Notes: generated by a model not told the origin, from the letters alone. A DNA stretch of 64,000 nucleotides from Patescibacteria group bacterium (GCA_019454415.1 JACFOI010000002.1:9474-73473); one strand, 5' to 3'. Shown: positions 28,247 through 37,973, numbered from the stretch's first letter. Numbers and translations are program-made.

Positions 28247-28257
28247 AGAAAGGAAGG

Positions 28258-28956
28258 GTGTGCATTACTGCCTATGCACTTCCACCACCTGTATTTTACC
28301 AGGCCCTGATCAAAAGGCGAGGAAAAAAGATGTATTTCCAGCGGGTGCTTGAACTGGCTTTTTTGTTCTGTCGGGTGTTAGTCTGTTACGGTCTGATGGT
28401 TGCTTTCCTGGCGGCTCCACCCGTCATCTCACTAAATCAGCATCTGACAGACGGACTTCAGGGCTGGATAAGAAGTGATGCCCTCCTGGTACCAAGGTTG
28501 ATTCCTGAGAGTGCCAGGGTGTACTCGACACAAGAAGCAGTGGAGATCATCTGGTTAGGCAAAAGTGCCAAAGACTCCTTTACACAGAATGAACAAGGCC
28601 ACCTGCAGGACGTTCACCACCTCATAGCATGGGGAAGCTTTATCGTCGGTTGCGCGGTGATTATTAGTATTCTGATTGAGAAGGAAGTTGTTCCGCAGCG
28701 CGTGGTTGTAGACGTTCGGCGAGTGATTTTGACACTAGTACTACTAACACTGCTGGCAGTTACGGGGTTTTCTTTTTTCTTTGAGCTCTTCCATCAAGTC
28801 TTCTTCCCACAGGGGAACTACTCCTTTCCTGCGGATTCGCTAATTATCCAGTGCTTTCCGCCGCTCTTCTGGATGCTGAATTTGATCTGGCTGCAACTGG
28901 GGGTCTTAGTACTTTTACGGTGGCAAGCACATCATGCAGAGAAACTTTCTATCTGA
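28258..28956 (+). CDS. Hypothetical integral membrane protein. The start is probably at 28330
   Basis: It has four or five hydrophobic helices (FLFCRVLVCYGLMVAFLAAPPVI, WGSFIVGCAVIISILI, ILTLVLLTLLAVTGFSFFF, LIWLQLGVLVLL). No catalytic motif was recognised. Confidence 0.5.
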   Translation: MCITAYALPPPVFYQALIKRRGKKMYFQRVLELAFLFCRVLVCYGLMVAFLAAPPVISLNQHLTDGLQGWIRSDALLVPRLIPESARVYSTQEAVEIIWLGKSAKDSFTQNEQGHLQDVHHLIAWGSFIVGCAVIISILIEKEVVPQRVVVDVRRVILTLVLLTLLAVTGFSFFFELFHQVFFPQGNYSFPADSLIIQCFPPLFWMLNLIWLQLGVLVLLRWQAHHAEKLSI

Positions 28957-28979
28957 TACAATTCAAGTTCGCGAAGGAC

Positions 28980-29062
28980 GCCAGGTTACTCAAGCGGTCA
29001 ACGAGGGCAGACTGTAAATCTGTTGGCTCACGCCTACGTAGGTTCGAATCCTACACCTGGCA
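28980..29062 (+). tRNA. tRNA-Tyr (anticodon GUA), long variable arm
   Basis: The acceptor is GCCAGGT/ACCTGGC. The anticodon loop is CTGTAAA. The T arm is GTAGGTTCGAATCCTAC. Overall similarity is to bacterial tRNA-Tyr. Confidence 0.8.
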
Positions 29063-29164
29063 CAGGTTCCCCGAGTAGAGCCCAACCGACCCTGGATAAA
29101 TCGGTACTTTTTGTGTATACTCCACCTCTTGAAATAACTCGATTTCTCAATAAAGTGAGGATTT

Positions 29165-29368
29165 ATGGCAAAAAAGAAAAAAGGACCACGCCAAGCAGTC
29201 GGACTGAAGTGCAGTGTTTGTGGTGCGTTCGGTTATGTGACCGAGTACAACAAAAACAATGAGCTACTCAAGAAACAGGCCGATGGCAAGGGATCCTTCC
29301 CTCTCAATAAATACTGTGACGTGTGCCGCAAGCACACTCTCCATACTGTTGCCAAGAAATTGAAGTAA
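29165..29368 (+). CDS. rpmG: Ribosomal protein L33
   Basis: MAKKKKGPRQAVGLKCSVCGAFGYVTEYNKNN...KYCDVCRKHTLHT carries the two CxxC pairs of L33. The gene is preceded by tRNA genes, as in many bacteria. Confidence 0.85.
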   Translation: MAKKKKGPRQAVGLKCSVCGAFGYVTEYNKNNELLKKQADGKGSFPLNKYCDVCRKHTLHTVAKKLK

Positions 29369-29441
29369 CGTCTGTCCAGCACTGGGACGAACTAGTCAGG
29401 GCTCTGTTTTTTGACGTCTTTTTTTAGTAAAGTGTCGTGTT

Positions 29442-30479
29442 GTGACAACACGCGCCAAAGTTCTCAGCGTTGCAGGGGTCAGTATCGGCCTAACCTTAGT
29501 GAGCATCTGGGCTTGTCTCCGGATCAGTGAGATCTATTTTTTTGACAAGTTTTACTACACCAAGTCACCAACCTTTGGCTATATCCGCCCAGTTCCGAAC
29601 CCACTGGGAAACAGCAATAACCCCCCGACAATTGAAGAGCGCATCAAGGATCTTCGGCTGATCTTTTCCGGTAAAACGCAAGAAACTCTTGCTACAGAAA
29701 AACCTTCATTGGTGGGCCGGGTACTCGGAGTGTTTGATGACCAAACTGATAGCACAGTAAAGCCGTATGTTGTCTTCTTGATCGGAGATTCATATGTCTA
29801 TGGAAATGGAGTCCGGGTCTCCGAACGAATGTCGGTATTTTTGGAAAAGAAGCTTAGCTCGATCCGGCCCACCAAAGTGTATACACTCGCTCAGTCCGGT
29901 GACTCTATCGTTGATAACTACTACAAGCTCCAGGCGGCTGAGAAAGTCATTCAGCCGGACATCGCCATTATGGGAATGGTGGTGAATGACTTTATTTTGG
30001 ATCAAACGGACAAGTATCCGGATGAGTTAGTCTTTTACAACCAACTCCGGGAAGAGTGCCCGCAGGAGGAGCGAAAAGTCCAGTGGACCGGTCCCCAAAT
30101 GACTCCTGAAGAGGGAATGATGCTCAACTTATACCCTTCTATCAGTGAGGACTATGCCAATATCTGTTACTACGAAAGGATTCTGGAACGGATGGAAGGA
30201 AAGCCAGTGTTGTTTTACAGTTTTGATCCACTGTCTCCAGACCCTCCACCAGAATCCGAAGAGTACGCCTGGAAAGGGTGGCAGATCATGCATACCTATG
30301 CTTCCCGGGCTCAACTACACGGTTTTGGATTCACTTCACCGAATAATATTGAAAACTTTGTCTTCACCCCTCGTGCCACCATTGAAGGGCACCCCAGCGT
30401 GAAGACTCATGAGCTGTTTGCCGAGTCGTTATTTAAGGAAATTACGACTAATCCCAGATGGGGATTCATGCAAAAATAA
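29442..30479 (+). CDS. Membrane-anchored SGNH/GDSL-family hydrolase
   Basis: An N-terminal TM helix is followed by VVFLIGDSYVYGNG, the GDS block with the catalytic Ser. A downstream DxxH-type region is present. Confidence 0.6.
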   Translation: MTTRAKVLSVAGVSIGLTLVSIWACLRISEIYFFDKFYYTKSPTFGYIRPVPNPLGNSNNPPTIEERIKDLRLIFSGKTQETLATEKPSLVGRVLGVFDDQTDSTVKPYVVFLIGDSYVYGNGVRVSERMSVFLEKKLSSIRPTKVYTLAQSGDSIVDNYYKLQAAEKVIQPDIAIMGMVVNDFILDQTDKYPDELVFYNQLREECPQEERKVQWTGPQMTPEEGMMLNLYPSISEDYANICYYERILERMEGKPVLFYSFDPLSPDPPPESEEYAWKGWQIMHTYASRAQLHGFGFTSPNNIENFVFTPRATIEGHPSVKTHELFAESLFKEITTNPRWGFMQK

Positions 30480-30508
30480 TGCGGAAATAATGCGGGAATA
30501 AAAAAAGA

Positions 30509-31834
30509 CTACTTGAGAAGCTTCTCGGCCGAATGGACGGTTTTAACGATGCACTCGGTGCCGGTCAGGAACGACTTTTTGACTTTCAACGCCTCATACA
30601 TGGCCGACTCAATCCAACTTTTGCCGTTAATCGCTTGTTGAAGCAGCGAAAGCTGAGTGACCAGTTGCTCCGGTTCCGCTGGGCGAGCAATTCCTTCTTG
30701 TTCAAAGATCTCGCGAATACGCTCTTCCCAGACACCCCATTCCGAAAGGGTTAACAAGAAACAGCCGGCTGCGACGGCGTCGTACGCCATATCACCAGAA
30801 GGTTTAGTAATGAAGCCGTCTGCCCAGGGAAAGACGTAGCGGATGAGCAGCTCGTTGGCGTCTAGGATTTGTGGGTGATAGGCAATCCGGAAACGACCCT
30901 GATGCCGCTGAATATCCGAAACAGGAATATGATTTTCTTCCGCCAGATCACGGCCCATCTTGGCAATATCTTTTTGGGTTCCGGCATAGAGGACTATTTG
31001 GTAAGGACACGGCTCGCGACGTAAATGTGGCAGAAGCTGCGTCAATACGTGGCGGATTTCATAGCTGTTAGTTCCCAGACCACCAGTGGTCACGGCGAGT
31101 TTAAGAAGGCCAGTCCGCCAAGGGTTCTTTTTCTTACGTGCGTCAATAATGCGGGGATCAATGGGCGGGCCGGTGACGACCACTCGGCGTGGGTCTACCT
31201 CAATGTGATTGAGGGCAGCCACTTCCAGGAACTCCAGCTGCGTTCTTTCATCAAAGACACAGAACATGATGTTCGAGAGCATCGCATTGGCCACGTACTC
31301 GGGCCGGACATGTGGATCGGTTACTACCTGGACCACTTTGCGGCCTTGTTTGGCGAGAATGTTTCCCGCCGCGATGTGAAAGCTCAAAATAGGGCGGGTC
31401 ACGTCTTCAGTTAAATAGAGGAGTGGAGGAGTAATGCTGTCTAAAATCGGTAGTTTGTTACGACCATATTGGTCGATGAAACTTTTGATCTTATGGAGAA
31501 GAGAATGCCGGGCGATCGTCTGGCCAATGAACTCAGTCATGGTGATCTTCTGCCAGTCTTCCAGAGAGACGTAGTTGGTGGGATCGACCAGCCAAGCTTT
31601 GAGCGGTTTTGGTTCTCCTTTCCAGACTTCTTCCGCCACTGCTAGTGCCATCGAGAAGTGAGCTCGGGAAAAAACTACGTCGCGAGAGGTATTGTTGTTG
31701 GGGAGTCCGTACAACCGTTTGACATCCTCACGAAATGTCCCTGCTACAGTAACAATGGGAAGATCAGTTTTGACAAAGCGTTCACGATCAAACGCGAACG
31801 TCTTCTCGAGGTTCTTATCGGGCAGGCGAATCAT
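30509..31834 (-). CDS. GT-B fold glycosyltransferase (MGDG-synthase / MurG / GT28-like)
   Basis: The C-terminal half, LAVTTGGLGTN ... ITKPSGDMAYDAVAAGCFLLTLSEWG, resembles the GT28 C-terminal nucleotide-sugar-binding domain. The call is tentative. Confidence 0.5.
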   Translation of the reverse strand: MIRLPDKNLEKTFAFDRERFVKTDLPIVTVAGTFREDVKRLYGLPNNNTSRDVVFSRAHFSMALAVAEEVWKGEPKPLKAWLVDPTNYVSLEDWQKITMTEFIGQTIARHSLLHKIKSFIDQYGRNKLPILDSITPPLLYLTEDVTRPILSFHIAAGNILAKQGRKVVQVVTDPHVRPEYVANAMLSNIMFCVFDERTQLEFLEVAALNHIEVDPRRVVVTGPPIDPRIIDARKKKNPWRTGLLKLAVTTGGLGTNSYEIRHVLTQLLPHLRREPCPYQIVLYAGTQKDIAKMGRDLAEENHIPVSDIQRHQGRFRIAYHPQILDANELLIRYVFPWADGFITKPSGDMAYDAVAAGCFLLTLSEWGVWEERIREIFEQEGIARPAEPEQLVTQLSLLQQAINGKSWIESAMYEALKVKKSFLTGTECIVKTVHSAEKLLK

Positions 31835-31916
31835 GGCAGAGTCATTATAGTCTGCCAGGAGCGCGACCGCTACAAAAGATCACCTTTCCTCTGGTACAAT
31901 AATCATCTTGAAACCT

Positions 31917-31987
31917 AGGCCTGTCGTTCAGCGGTAGGACATCGGTCTCCAAAACCGAGAACGGGGGTTCGATTCCCTCCAGGCCTG
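31917..31987 (+). tRNA. tRNA-Trp (anticodon CCA)
   Basis: The acceptor is AGGCCTG/CAGGCCT. The anticodon stem TCGGT/ACCGA carries loop CTCCAAA. The T arm is GGGGGTTCGATTCCCTC. Confidence 0.8.
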
Positions 31988-32003
31988 CAAAAATTTCCGT
32001 ATC

Positions 32004-32666
32004 TTACAGCTCTCCCTTTACTACTGTTTTCCCGGCCATGTGTTTGATATCCCACAAAAGGTGGAAAGATAAAAGTGCGAGGACGACACCGATTGCTACC
32101 GCACCGAGGCCATCAAATCGGAACTCTCCCAGTAGTTGATAAAGAATCAGGGCGATTAGCCCGACAAACGCTGCACTCGCACCCATTAGATCAAGAACAA
32201 ATGTATTCTTTGTCATGATTAACGATGAACTGTTGAAGGCCGCAAAAAGTTGACGAAAGGATTGGCCACTTCGGAGAATTCGGCGGGCGCTCAACGTGAA
32301 GGCATACACATTTGAAATAAAGCTAATTCCCAACGCGATATAGGCGATCAAGATGTTTTCTATTGGTTCCGGGGCGAGAAATCGTTTCCAACCAAAGTAA
32401 ATGGAGAGTAGAGAAGCAACGAGTAGCATCATCAGGGCAGATGCCACAGTCCATATGTAGATTTCTTGTTGAGGTCGTTTAAGTCCAATGAGTAAAAACC
32501 CAGATGCAATGAGGTCAGAACCACCTTGGGCCAACTCGGCGACCATGACGACGCTTCCTGTCAGAAGCATCACAACCAAGTTCACAATAACGTCCAAGAG
32601 ATCCACAAAAAATGAAGTAAGTACAACCCGGCCAACGGTCGTCTTTTGAGGCATAAGTTTATTCAC
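32004..32666 (-). CDS. Cation diffusion facilitator (CDF) family transporter, transmembrane domain only (220 aa)
   Basis: TSFFVDLLDVIVNLVVMLLTGSVVMVAELAQGGSDLIAS resembles CDF TM1-TM2. The protein has six TM helices but no C-terminal cytoplasmic domain. Confidence 0.55.
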   Translation of the reverse strand: MNKLMPQKTTVGRVVLTSFFVDLLDVIVNLVVMLLTGSVVMVAELAQGGSDLIASGFLLIGLKRPQQEIYIWTVASALMMLLVASLLSIYFGWKRFLAPEPIENILIAYIALGISFISNVYAFTLSARRILRSGQSFRQLFAAFNSSSLIMTKNTFVLDLMGASAAFVGLIALILYQLLGEFRFDGLGAVAIGVVLALLSFHLLWDIKHMAGKTVVKGEL

Positions 32667-32775
32667 TCATTATGTCACTTTCTGAAAGATTGGGGCATCC
32701 TACGAGTTTCATACACTGCTCCTATCACTTTCCTTTTTCAGTTACTTATCTTGGACTCTATATTCAATTTTTATA

Positions 32776-33279
32776 GTGAGGAGGAGTATGCACTTACAGA
32801 CACTCAATGATGTTTTGGAGCACTCGATTCTAGATCTCTATAGTGCGGAGATGCAGTTGGTAGATGCTTTGCCGAAGATGGCGCGGGCTGCCAGCTCGTC
32901 GAAACTCAAAGAAGGATTTGAAGAACACTTGGTGCAAACACGAGAGCATGTCACTCGTTTAGAAGAAGTTGCAGCTGAGCTTCATATCGAACTGCCGGGT
33001 CCCCGCTGTGTGGGTATGGAAGGACTTATTAAAGAAGGTGCAAAGTTAATGGAAGAGGAGTCAGGACCAGCGCTCGATGCTGCCCTAATCGCCGCTGCAC
33101 AACGGGTTGAGCACTACGAAATTGCTGGTTACGGAAGTGCGATCGTCTTTGCCAAGACTTTACAAGAAGATAAAGCGGCAGACACGCTCAAGAAAACCAT
33201 GGGTGAAGAGGAAGCGACTGACAAAAAGTTAAGCAAACTGGCCGAATCAGACATTAATAAGGCAGCGGCAACGGAATAG
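32776..33279 (+). CDS. DUF892 / YciE-YciF-like ferritin-fold stress protein
   Basis: LEHSILDLYSAEMQLVDALPKMARAASSSKLKEGFEEHLVQTREHVTRLEEV matches the YciF-family block. Confidence 0.7.
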   Translation: MRRSMHLQTLNDVLEHSILDLYSAEMQLVDALPKMARAASSSKLKEGFEEHLVQTREHVTRLEEVAAELHIELPGPRCVGMEGLIKEGAKLMEEESGPALDAALIAAAQRVEHYEIAGYGSAIVFAKTLQEDKAADTLKKTMGEEEATDKKLSKLAESDINKAAATE

Positions 33280-33481
33280 GGGAGAAAGAAGCAGGGCTTA
33301 ACTTGACCTGGTCTGTTTTTCCTCGAGAAAAAGATCCTATAATATTTGACTTTTGATGGCCTCCCAGATATAGCGGAATACCGAAAGCTTTTCTGTTCCG
33401 CTTTGAGGCAAGTACCTCTTTCTTTCTCTTTTCTGACAAACTTCTTTCAGTAGATACTTTTTTTCTTGCTACGTTTAATAC

Positions 33482-34636
33482 ATGGAGAGAATATCCAGCG
33501 CGGAGTTTCAGGAGCTTCTTCAGGCTGCTGATCCAGTTTCTATTTCCATTTATCTCCCGACAGAAGAAGTGGGTTTAGCTCCCAGCCAGCGCAGAGCAGA
33601 ACTACAGAACTTTGAAACAGAAGTCACCAAAGAACTGGATACGGCAGAAGTTCCTGATGCTCTGAGAAGGAAAATTAGTGAGAAGTTCGCCGAGATTCGT
33701 GAGAACCCGGCCCTCTGGGAAGTAAATCAGAAAGGATTAGCTCTCTTTCTTTCACCGAACTTCAGCAAGGTCTTGCGATTACCCAGTCCAGTCCGGCGGC
33801 TCATCTCAGTCTCGCATCGTTTTCACCTTAAACCATTGATCCATCTGTTCTCACAGCCCTGCGAGTTCTATGTCCTTTTCTTGGCAAAAAAGGAAGTGTC
33901 GCTGTTCTATGGAGATTGCTATGAGTTCAAAAAGGCGACTGTCCCAGATTTACCACAAAGTGTTGAAGAGGTGACTGGGGTTGAGGTGAATGAAAGAACT
34001 CTTCAGTTTCATACCAGTCCGAGTGGTGGTGCGGGCGGCAGACCAGCTGTCTTTCACGGGTCTTCCTCCTGGAAAGATGACAAGAACAAGTACCTCGAAA
34101 AGTTCTTACAGCAAGTAGATAAAGCAGTCAGCAAGTATTTGCAGAACCACAAACAGCCACTGTTGTTATGGGGTGCCGAGCGGCTTGTGACGCTCTATCG
34201 GGAAGTGAACAGCTATCCACAGCTGCTTAAGGAGCTGTGGTTGAAACGCAATGACGACGCCAAAGCGCTCAGCGAGTTGTATGGTCAAGCGTTGGATATC
34301 ATGGCTCCGTACTTTGTTGAACAGGAGAAGAAGGATGTCGAGGCAGTTCTGGCTAAAGGAAACATTGATCGTTTCTCAGTAGAGCTTGATGAGATCCTCC
34401 GCCAGGCCAGAATGGGCCGGGTGGATACACTCCTGGTCGCTGAGGGTATACGAGAGTGGGGAACATTCAATCCCGACACTCTTGCGGTGACCTACTCCTC
34501 GCAACCGACTGCCGGAACACACGACCTGCTGGATACCGCTTGTGTAGAAACAGTCGTCAATGGTGGTAAAGCCTACGTCCTTCCGCTGGAGCAGATTCCT
34601 GAGCAGAAACACGCGGCGGCCATTTTCCGCTATTAG
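33482..34636 (+). CDS. eRF1/Pelota-like protein (bacterial 'baeRF'-type). This call is tentative
   Basis: The C-terminus, GRVDTLLVAEGI...ETVVNGGKAYVLP...AAAIFRY, resembles eRF1/Pelota domain 3 (compare VETLLVSDEL and AILRY). The central region carries the Gly-rich loop SPSGGAGGRPAVFHGSSSW. Confidence 0.4.
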   Translation: MERISSAEFQELLQAADPVSISIYLPTEEVGLAPSQRRAELQNFETEVTKELDTAEVPDALRRKISEKFAEIRENPALWEVNQKGLALFLSPNFSKVLRLPSPVRRLISVSHRFHLKPLIHLFSQPCEFYVLFLAKKEVSLFYGDCYEFKKATVPDLPQSVEEVTGVEVNERTLQFHTSPSGGAGGRPAVFHGSSSWKDDKNKYLEKFLQQVDKAVSKYLQNHKQPLLLWGAERLVTLYREVNSYPQLLKELWLKRNDDAKALSELYGQALDIMAPYFVEQEKKDVEAVLAKGNIDRFSVELDEILRQARMGRVDTLLVAEGIREWGTFNPDTLAVTYSSQPTAGTHDLLDTACVETVVNGGKAYVLPLEQIPEQKHAAAIFRY

Positions 34637-34666
34637 TTCACACTCCTGTTTCTGCTGACGTAGAAT

Positions 34667-35029
34667 ATGGCCATGCAACATCAAGATCTCCCGGCCCCGG
34701 AAAAGCTTTCCCAGCACCACTGTGTACCCTGCGAGGGTGGAGTGGCTCCCTTAACTCGCGCTGAGTTCTCGGTCTACTTGCCTCAAGTCAACAAATGGCG
34801 GGTCGTTAACGATCATGAGCTTGAGCGGGAAGTAGTCTTTAAAAACTTCAAAGAGGCGATCACATTTATTAATCAGGTAGCCGAGATTGCAGAAAGTGAG
34901 GGTCATCATCCTGACCTTTTTCTGCACGACTACAAAAAGGTGAAACTCACTCTGAGCACACACGCTATCGATGGACTCTCCGTCAATGATTTTGTCCTCG
35001 CCGTGAAGATAAATGAACTGCTTGCTTAG
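34667..35029 (+). CDS. phhB: Pterin-4a-carbinolamine dehydratase (PCD/DCoH)
   Basis: CVPCEGGVAPLT, FKNFKEAITFINQVAEIAESEGHHPD and TLSTHAIDGLSVNDFVLAVKI are the canonical PCD blocks. Confidence 0.85.
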   Translation: MAMQHQDLPAPEKLSQHHCVPCEGGVAPLTRAEFSVYLPQVNKWRVVNDHELEREVVFKNFKEAITFINQVAEIAESEGHHPDLFLHDYKKVKLTLSTHAIDGLSVNDFVLAVKINELLA

Positions 35030-35040
35030 AAAATAAATAG

Positions 35041-35223
35041 CTAAGAGGTTCGTTTTGCCGGAACTTTGCCGCCGGCTTCGCGGGCCTCAGACAGACCAAT
35101 CGCAATCGCTTGTTTACGACTCGTCACTTTCTTGCCACTGTTTCCACTCTTTAAGGTGCCTTTCTTCATTTCATGAAGAGCGCGGTGGACTTTGTGTTGG
35201 GCTTTGGGGCCATATTTTGGCAT
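35041..35223 (-). CDS. Small basic conserved hypothetical protein (60 aa), Lys-rich
   Basis: MPKYGPKAQHKVHRALHEMKKGTLKSGNSGKKVTSRKQAIAIGLSEAREAGGKVP resembles a widespread small stress-associated protein family. I cannot name the family with certainty. Confidence 0.45.
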   Translation of the reverse strand: MPKYGPKAQHKVHRALHEMKKGTLKSGNSGKKVTSRKQAIAIGLSEAREAGGKVPAKRTS

Positions 35224-35287
35224 ATATTTACCGCCTTTCGTTGTTTTTATATCTAGAGCTCTTGGGAAGCAGATAAAAGCTTGGTAA

Positions 35288-35470
35288 ATGAAGGGTAAGA
35301 GTCATAAAACTATCACCATTTCCATACACAACTCTGACAAGCCCCTAGTAGCTCCTTCTGATACTGAAATAAAAGAAGAAAAGGAGTGTATGAAGTACCT
35401 CATTCTATGGATTCTCGGTGTTCCCGTCGGAGTACTGGTAGTGTTGTGGGTTATCGGTCAAGTGTTCTAA
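35288..35470 (+). CDS. Possible small membrane peptide. Only the C-terminal ~26 aa, MKYLILWILGVPVGVLVVLWVIGQVF, looks real
   Basis: A single strongly hydrophobic helix ends with a GQ motif. The upstream part of the ORF is probably not translated. Confidence 0.25.
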   Translation: MKGKSHKTITISIHNSDKPLVAPSDTEIKEEKECMKYLILWILGVPVGVLVVLWVIGQVF

Positions 35471-35527
35471 GCCTCATTTGGGAAAGCGCCGGAACTTTGT
35501 TATAGTACCCCAGAGTCTTTCTCAACT

Positions 35528-36292
35528 ATGACGCTTCGTGTCGTTTGTCTTAATCTGTGGGGTGGCATTCTTTTTGAAGAGATGGTCACGTTCTGCCGAC
35601 AACAGAATGCCGACCTTTATCTGTTTCAGGAAGTGTTTGCCAGCGACGATAGGTCACTCGACCCAAAGTATCAATCCCTCAGAATATTGCAAGAAGAACT
35701 CGGATTGGCGTACGTCCACTTCGCGCCCGCTTTTATCGAGAACGAACAGGGGAAGAAGATTCCTCAAGGGAATGCAATTCTGAGTCGTTTCCCGATTCAT
35801 GAAGTTTCGACACTTTTTTACGATGTTGCGTTTGGTGAGCGGGTGAATGAATGGTCGCAGTTTCACCTGACCCCCCGGAATCTCCAGCACGTGCTCCTGA
35901 CGATAGAGGGAAGGCAGCTCCATGTGCTAAATACGCAAGGAATTTGGGGTGAAGACGGTGAAGATAGTGAACGACGTCTTGCCATGATAGAAAAGATCCT
36001 GGCAGAAGTCCGCTCCGTGGGGGAAGAGCCACTGCTATTGGCTGGCGACTTCAACGTCCGTGATACCACACACGCGATTGCGCTGTTAAACAAACATTTG
36101 CAGAACGTCTTCAAAGGGGAGTTGACTACTAGTTTCAATATCAAACAAAAGGATCTGAAGAAGTTTCCAGGTTTTGCTGTAGCCGTGGTGGACATGATGT
36201 TTGTTTCGCCAAACATCCGAGTGCTCTCTCATGAGTGTCCTCAGGTAGACGTTTCTGATCACTTGCCGCTGCTCGCAACCCTCGAGTGGTAA
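35528..36292 (+). CDS. Endonuclease/exonuclease/phosphatase (EEP) family protein
   Basis: LRVVCLNLWGG, LFQEV, GNAILSRFPI, LLAGDFNV and a C-terminal SDHLPL are the EEP catalytic blocks. Confidence 0.75.
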   Translation: MTLRVVCLNLWGGILFEEMVTFCRQQNADLYLFQEVFASDDRSLDPKYQSLRILQEELGLAYVHFAPAFIENEQGKKIPQGNAILSRFPIHEVSTLFYDVAFGERVNEWSQFHLTPRNLQHVLLTIEGRQLHVLNTQGIWGEDGEDSERRLAMIEKILAEVRSVGEEPLLLAGDFNVRDTTHAIALLNKHLQNVFKGELTTSFNIKQKDLKKFPGFAVAVVDMMFVSPNIRVLSHECPQVDVSDHLPLLATLEW

Positions 36293-36356
36293 GTATATTC
36301 TGCACTTAGGGGTTTTGTTCACCTGCGATGTTTTGTTATAGTAGTAGCAGAATACT

Positions 36357-37211
36357 GTGAAATTGAGCAAATTGAGTACATCCACAGCTACACAAAAGAC
36401 CCTCAAACTCCCCAACCGAGAAGTCCGTCTCTCGGTCAGTGATAACCCCTTCCTCAACCAGATCGTCGAGATCGTCAACCAAAATAAAGAAGTTCAGACC
36501 TTGTGGAAAATCGTCAACGTTCATGCAGTCAAGCGTTTGGCGATGACTGATCACGGCCCGATTCACTTTCAGATTGTTTCTCAAAATGCACTGCGCTTAC
36601 TACGCCTGTTTGAACTTTCAGATATCAAGCCATCGATTGTGACTGATTTTAAGCTTAGCCAGGATCATGCAGAGGTCGTTGTCTTTTTAGCAAGCCTCTT
36701 CCACGATATTGGCATGTCGGTCCACCGCAAGGGCCATGAGGAGTTTAGCGTTCTACTCAGCAATCGGTTGCTTCACGAAGTGCTCCACTTTTTACCTATC
36801 GAAGAAAGAACAATCCTGATCTCAGAGGTACTCCATGCCATCATCAGCCATCGTCGTGACGGACAACCCTTAACCATTGAGGCTGGCATTGTCCGAGTTG
36901 CTGATGCGCTGGATATGACTAAAGGAAGAACGCGTTTACCATACTCTGCAGACAAGCTCGATATTCACTCAGTCTCAGCGCTAGCCATTGACGAGATCGA
37001 GATCAAACCGGGCAGGATCGCGCCGGTGGAAGTTTTAATTGTAATGAACCACACCGCAGGAATCTTCCAAGTTGACGACCTGCTTAAAGAAAAAGTTAAA
37101 GGGTCAGGTATCGAACAGTACCTGGATATCAGGGTCTACATGGACAAAGGTGAAGGTAGACAGCTGTTCAAGGATTTTTACAAGCGAAGCAAGATTAAGC
37201 GGTTAAAGTAG
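36357..37211 (+). CDS. HD-domain metal-dependent phosphohydrolase
   Basis: TDHGPIHF, LFHDIGM, HRKGHE, HAIISHRRDG and VADALD give the H..H/HD/H/H/D metal-ligand series. Confidence 0.7.
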   Translation: MKLSKLSTSTATQKTLKLPNREVRLSVSDNPFLNQIVEIVNQNKEVQTLWKIVNVHAVKRLAMTDHGPIHFQIVSQNALRLLRLFELSDIKPSIVTDFKLSQDHAEVVVFLASLFHDIGMSVHRKGHEEFSVLLSNRLLHEVLHFLPIEERTILISEVLHAIISHRRDGQPLTIEAGIVRVADALDMTKGRTRLPYSADKLDIHSVSALAIDEIEIKPGRIAPVEVLIVMNHTAGIFQVDDLLKEKVKGSGIEQYLDIRVYMDKGEGRQLFKDFYKRSKIKRLK

Positions 37212-37973
37212 CTCGCGCTCCATTTTATCGACTACTGCTTTGAGCAACATCTCGGCCACTGGCACGGCTGGTCCTTCGTCCGGCTGTTCAAATCGCCAGA
37301 GTGCAGGTGCACTGTTCACCTCCAAAACAAACGGCCTCTCCCACTCATCAATCTTAAAGTCGACAGCAGCGAATCCTAGTCCGAGCACTTTTGTCACCAA
37401 AAGGGCGTAATCTACCAACTGAGGATCCCAGCGCAGCGGAAAGTAGGAGAGACGACGAGAGTCATCGGGAGCATAAAGTTCACCGTCGAACAGTTTCTGC
37501 TGGACAGCGATCACTTGGTTCTGGAGTACTAAGTAACGAAACTCAGGACCGGCGATGTACTTTTCCAGGATCAAGGAAGACAAGTCAAGCTGCCTGAGTT
37601 CTTCTCTAGTCTTAATTAACTGGACACCCTCGGCGCGTTGACCCATGGTCGGTTTGGCGACAAGAGGGTGGTGTTCCTCAAAAAAAGCTTCTGCCTCTTC
37701 GAGGTTTGGCGGGGTGAGGTAGGGGATATTGGGAAGACCATGACGTTCGAGAATGACGCGGGTGGCGCTTTTATTAGCAGAAAGGTATGCCGAAATTTGA
37801 GTATTTACGACTGTTTTACTCATACAAATATACTTTTCGACACCGTTGACTGTAATGCTAATAAGCCCCCAGTCAGTCAGCCATCTTGGGTGTAGATTGA
37901 GCTTCTGGGCAGCCTGGAAAAGAACTTGGCTAGACTTCTCTAGTGACGTCTGAGACATGGCTTGATCATACAC
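37203..37973 (-). CDS. ATP-grasp domain protein (RimK / glutathione-synthetase-like ligase)
   Basis: LVAKPTMGQRAEGVQLI, LILEKYIAGPEFRYLVLQNQVIAV and FAAVDFKIDEWERPFVLEVNSAP follow the ATP-grasp A/B/C sub-domain pattern. Confidence 0.65.
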   Translation of the reverse strand: MYDQAMSQTSLEKSSQVLFQAAQKLNLHPRWLTDWGLISITVNGVEKYICMSKTVVNTQISAYLSANKSATRVILERHGLPNIPYLTPPNLEEAEAFFEEHHPLVAKPTMGQRAEGVQLIKTREELRQLDLSSLILEKYIAGPEFRYLVLQNQVIAVQQKLFDGELYAPDDSRRLSYFPLRWDPQLVDYALLVTKVLGLGFAAVDFKIDEWERPFVLEVNSAPALWRFEQPDEGPAVPVAEMLLKAVVDKMERELL

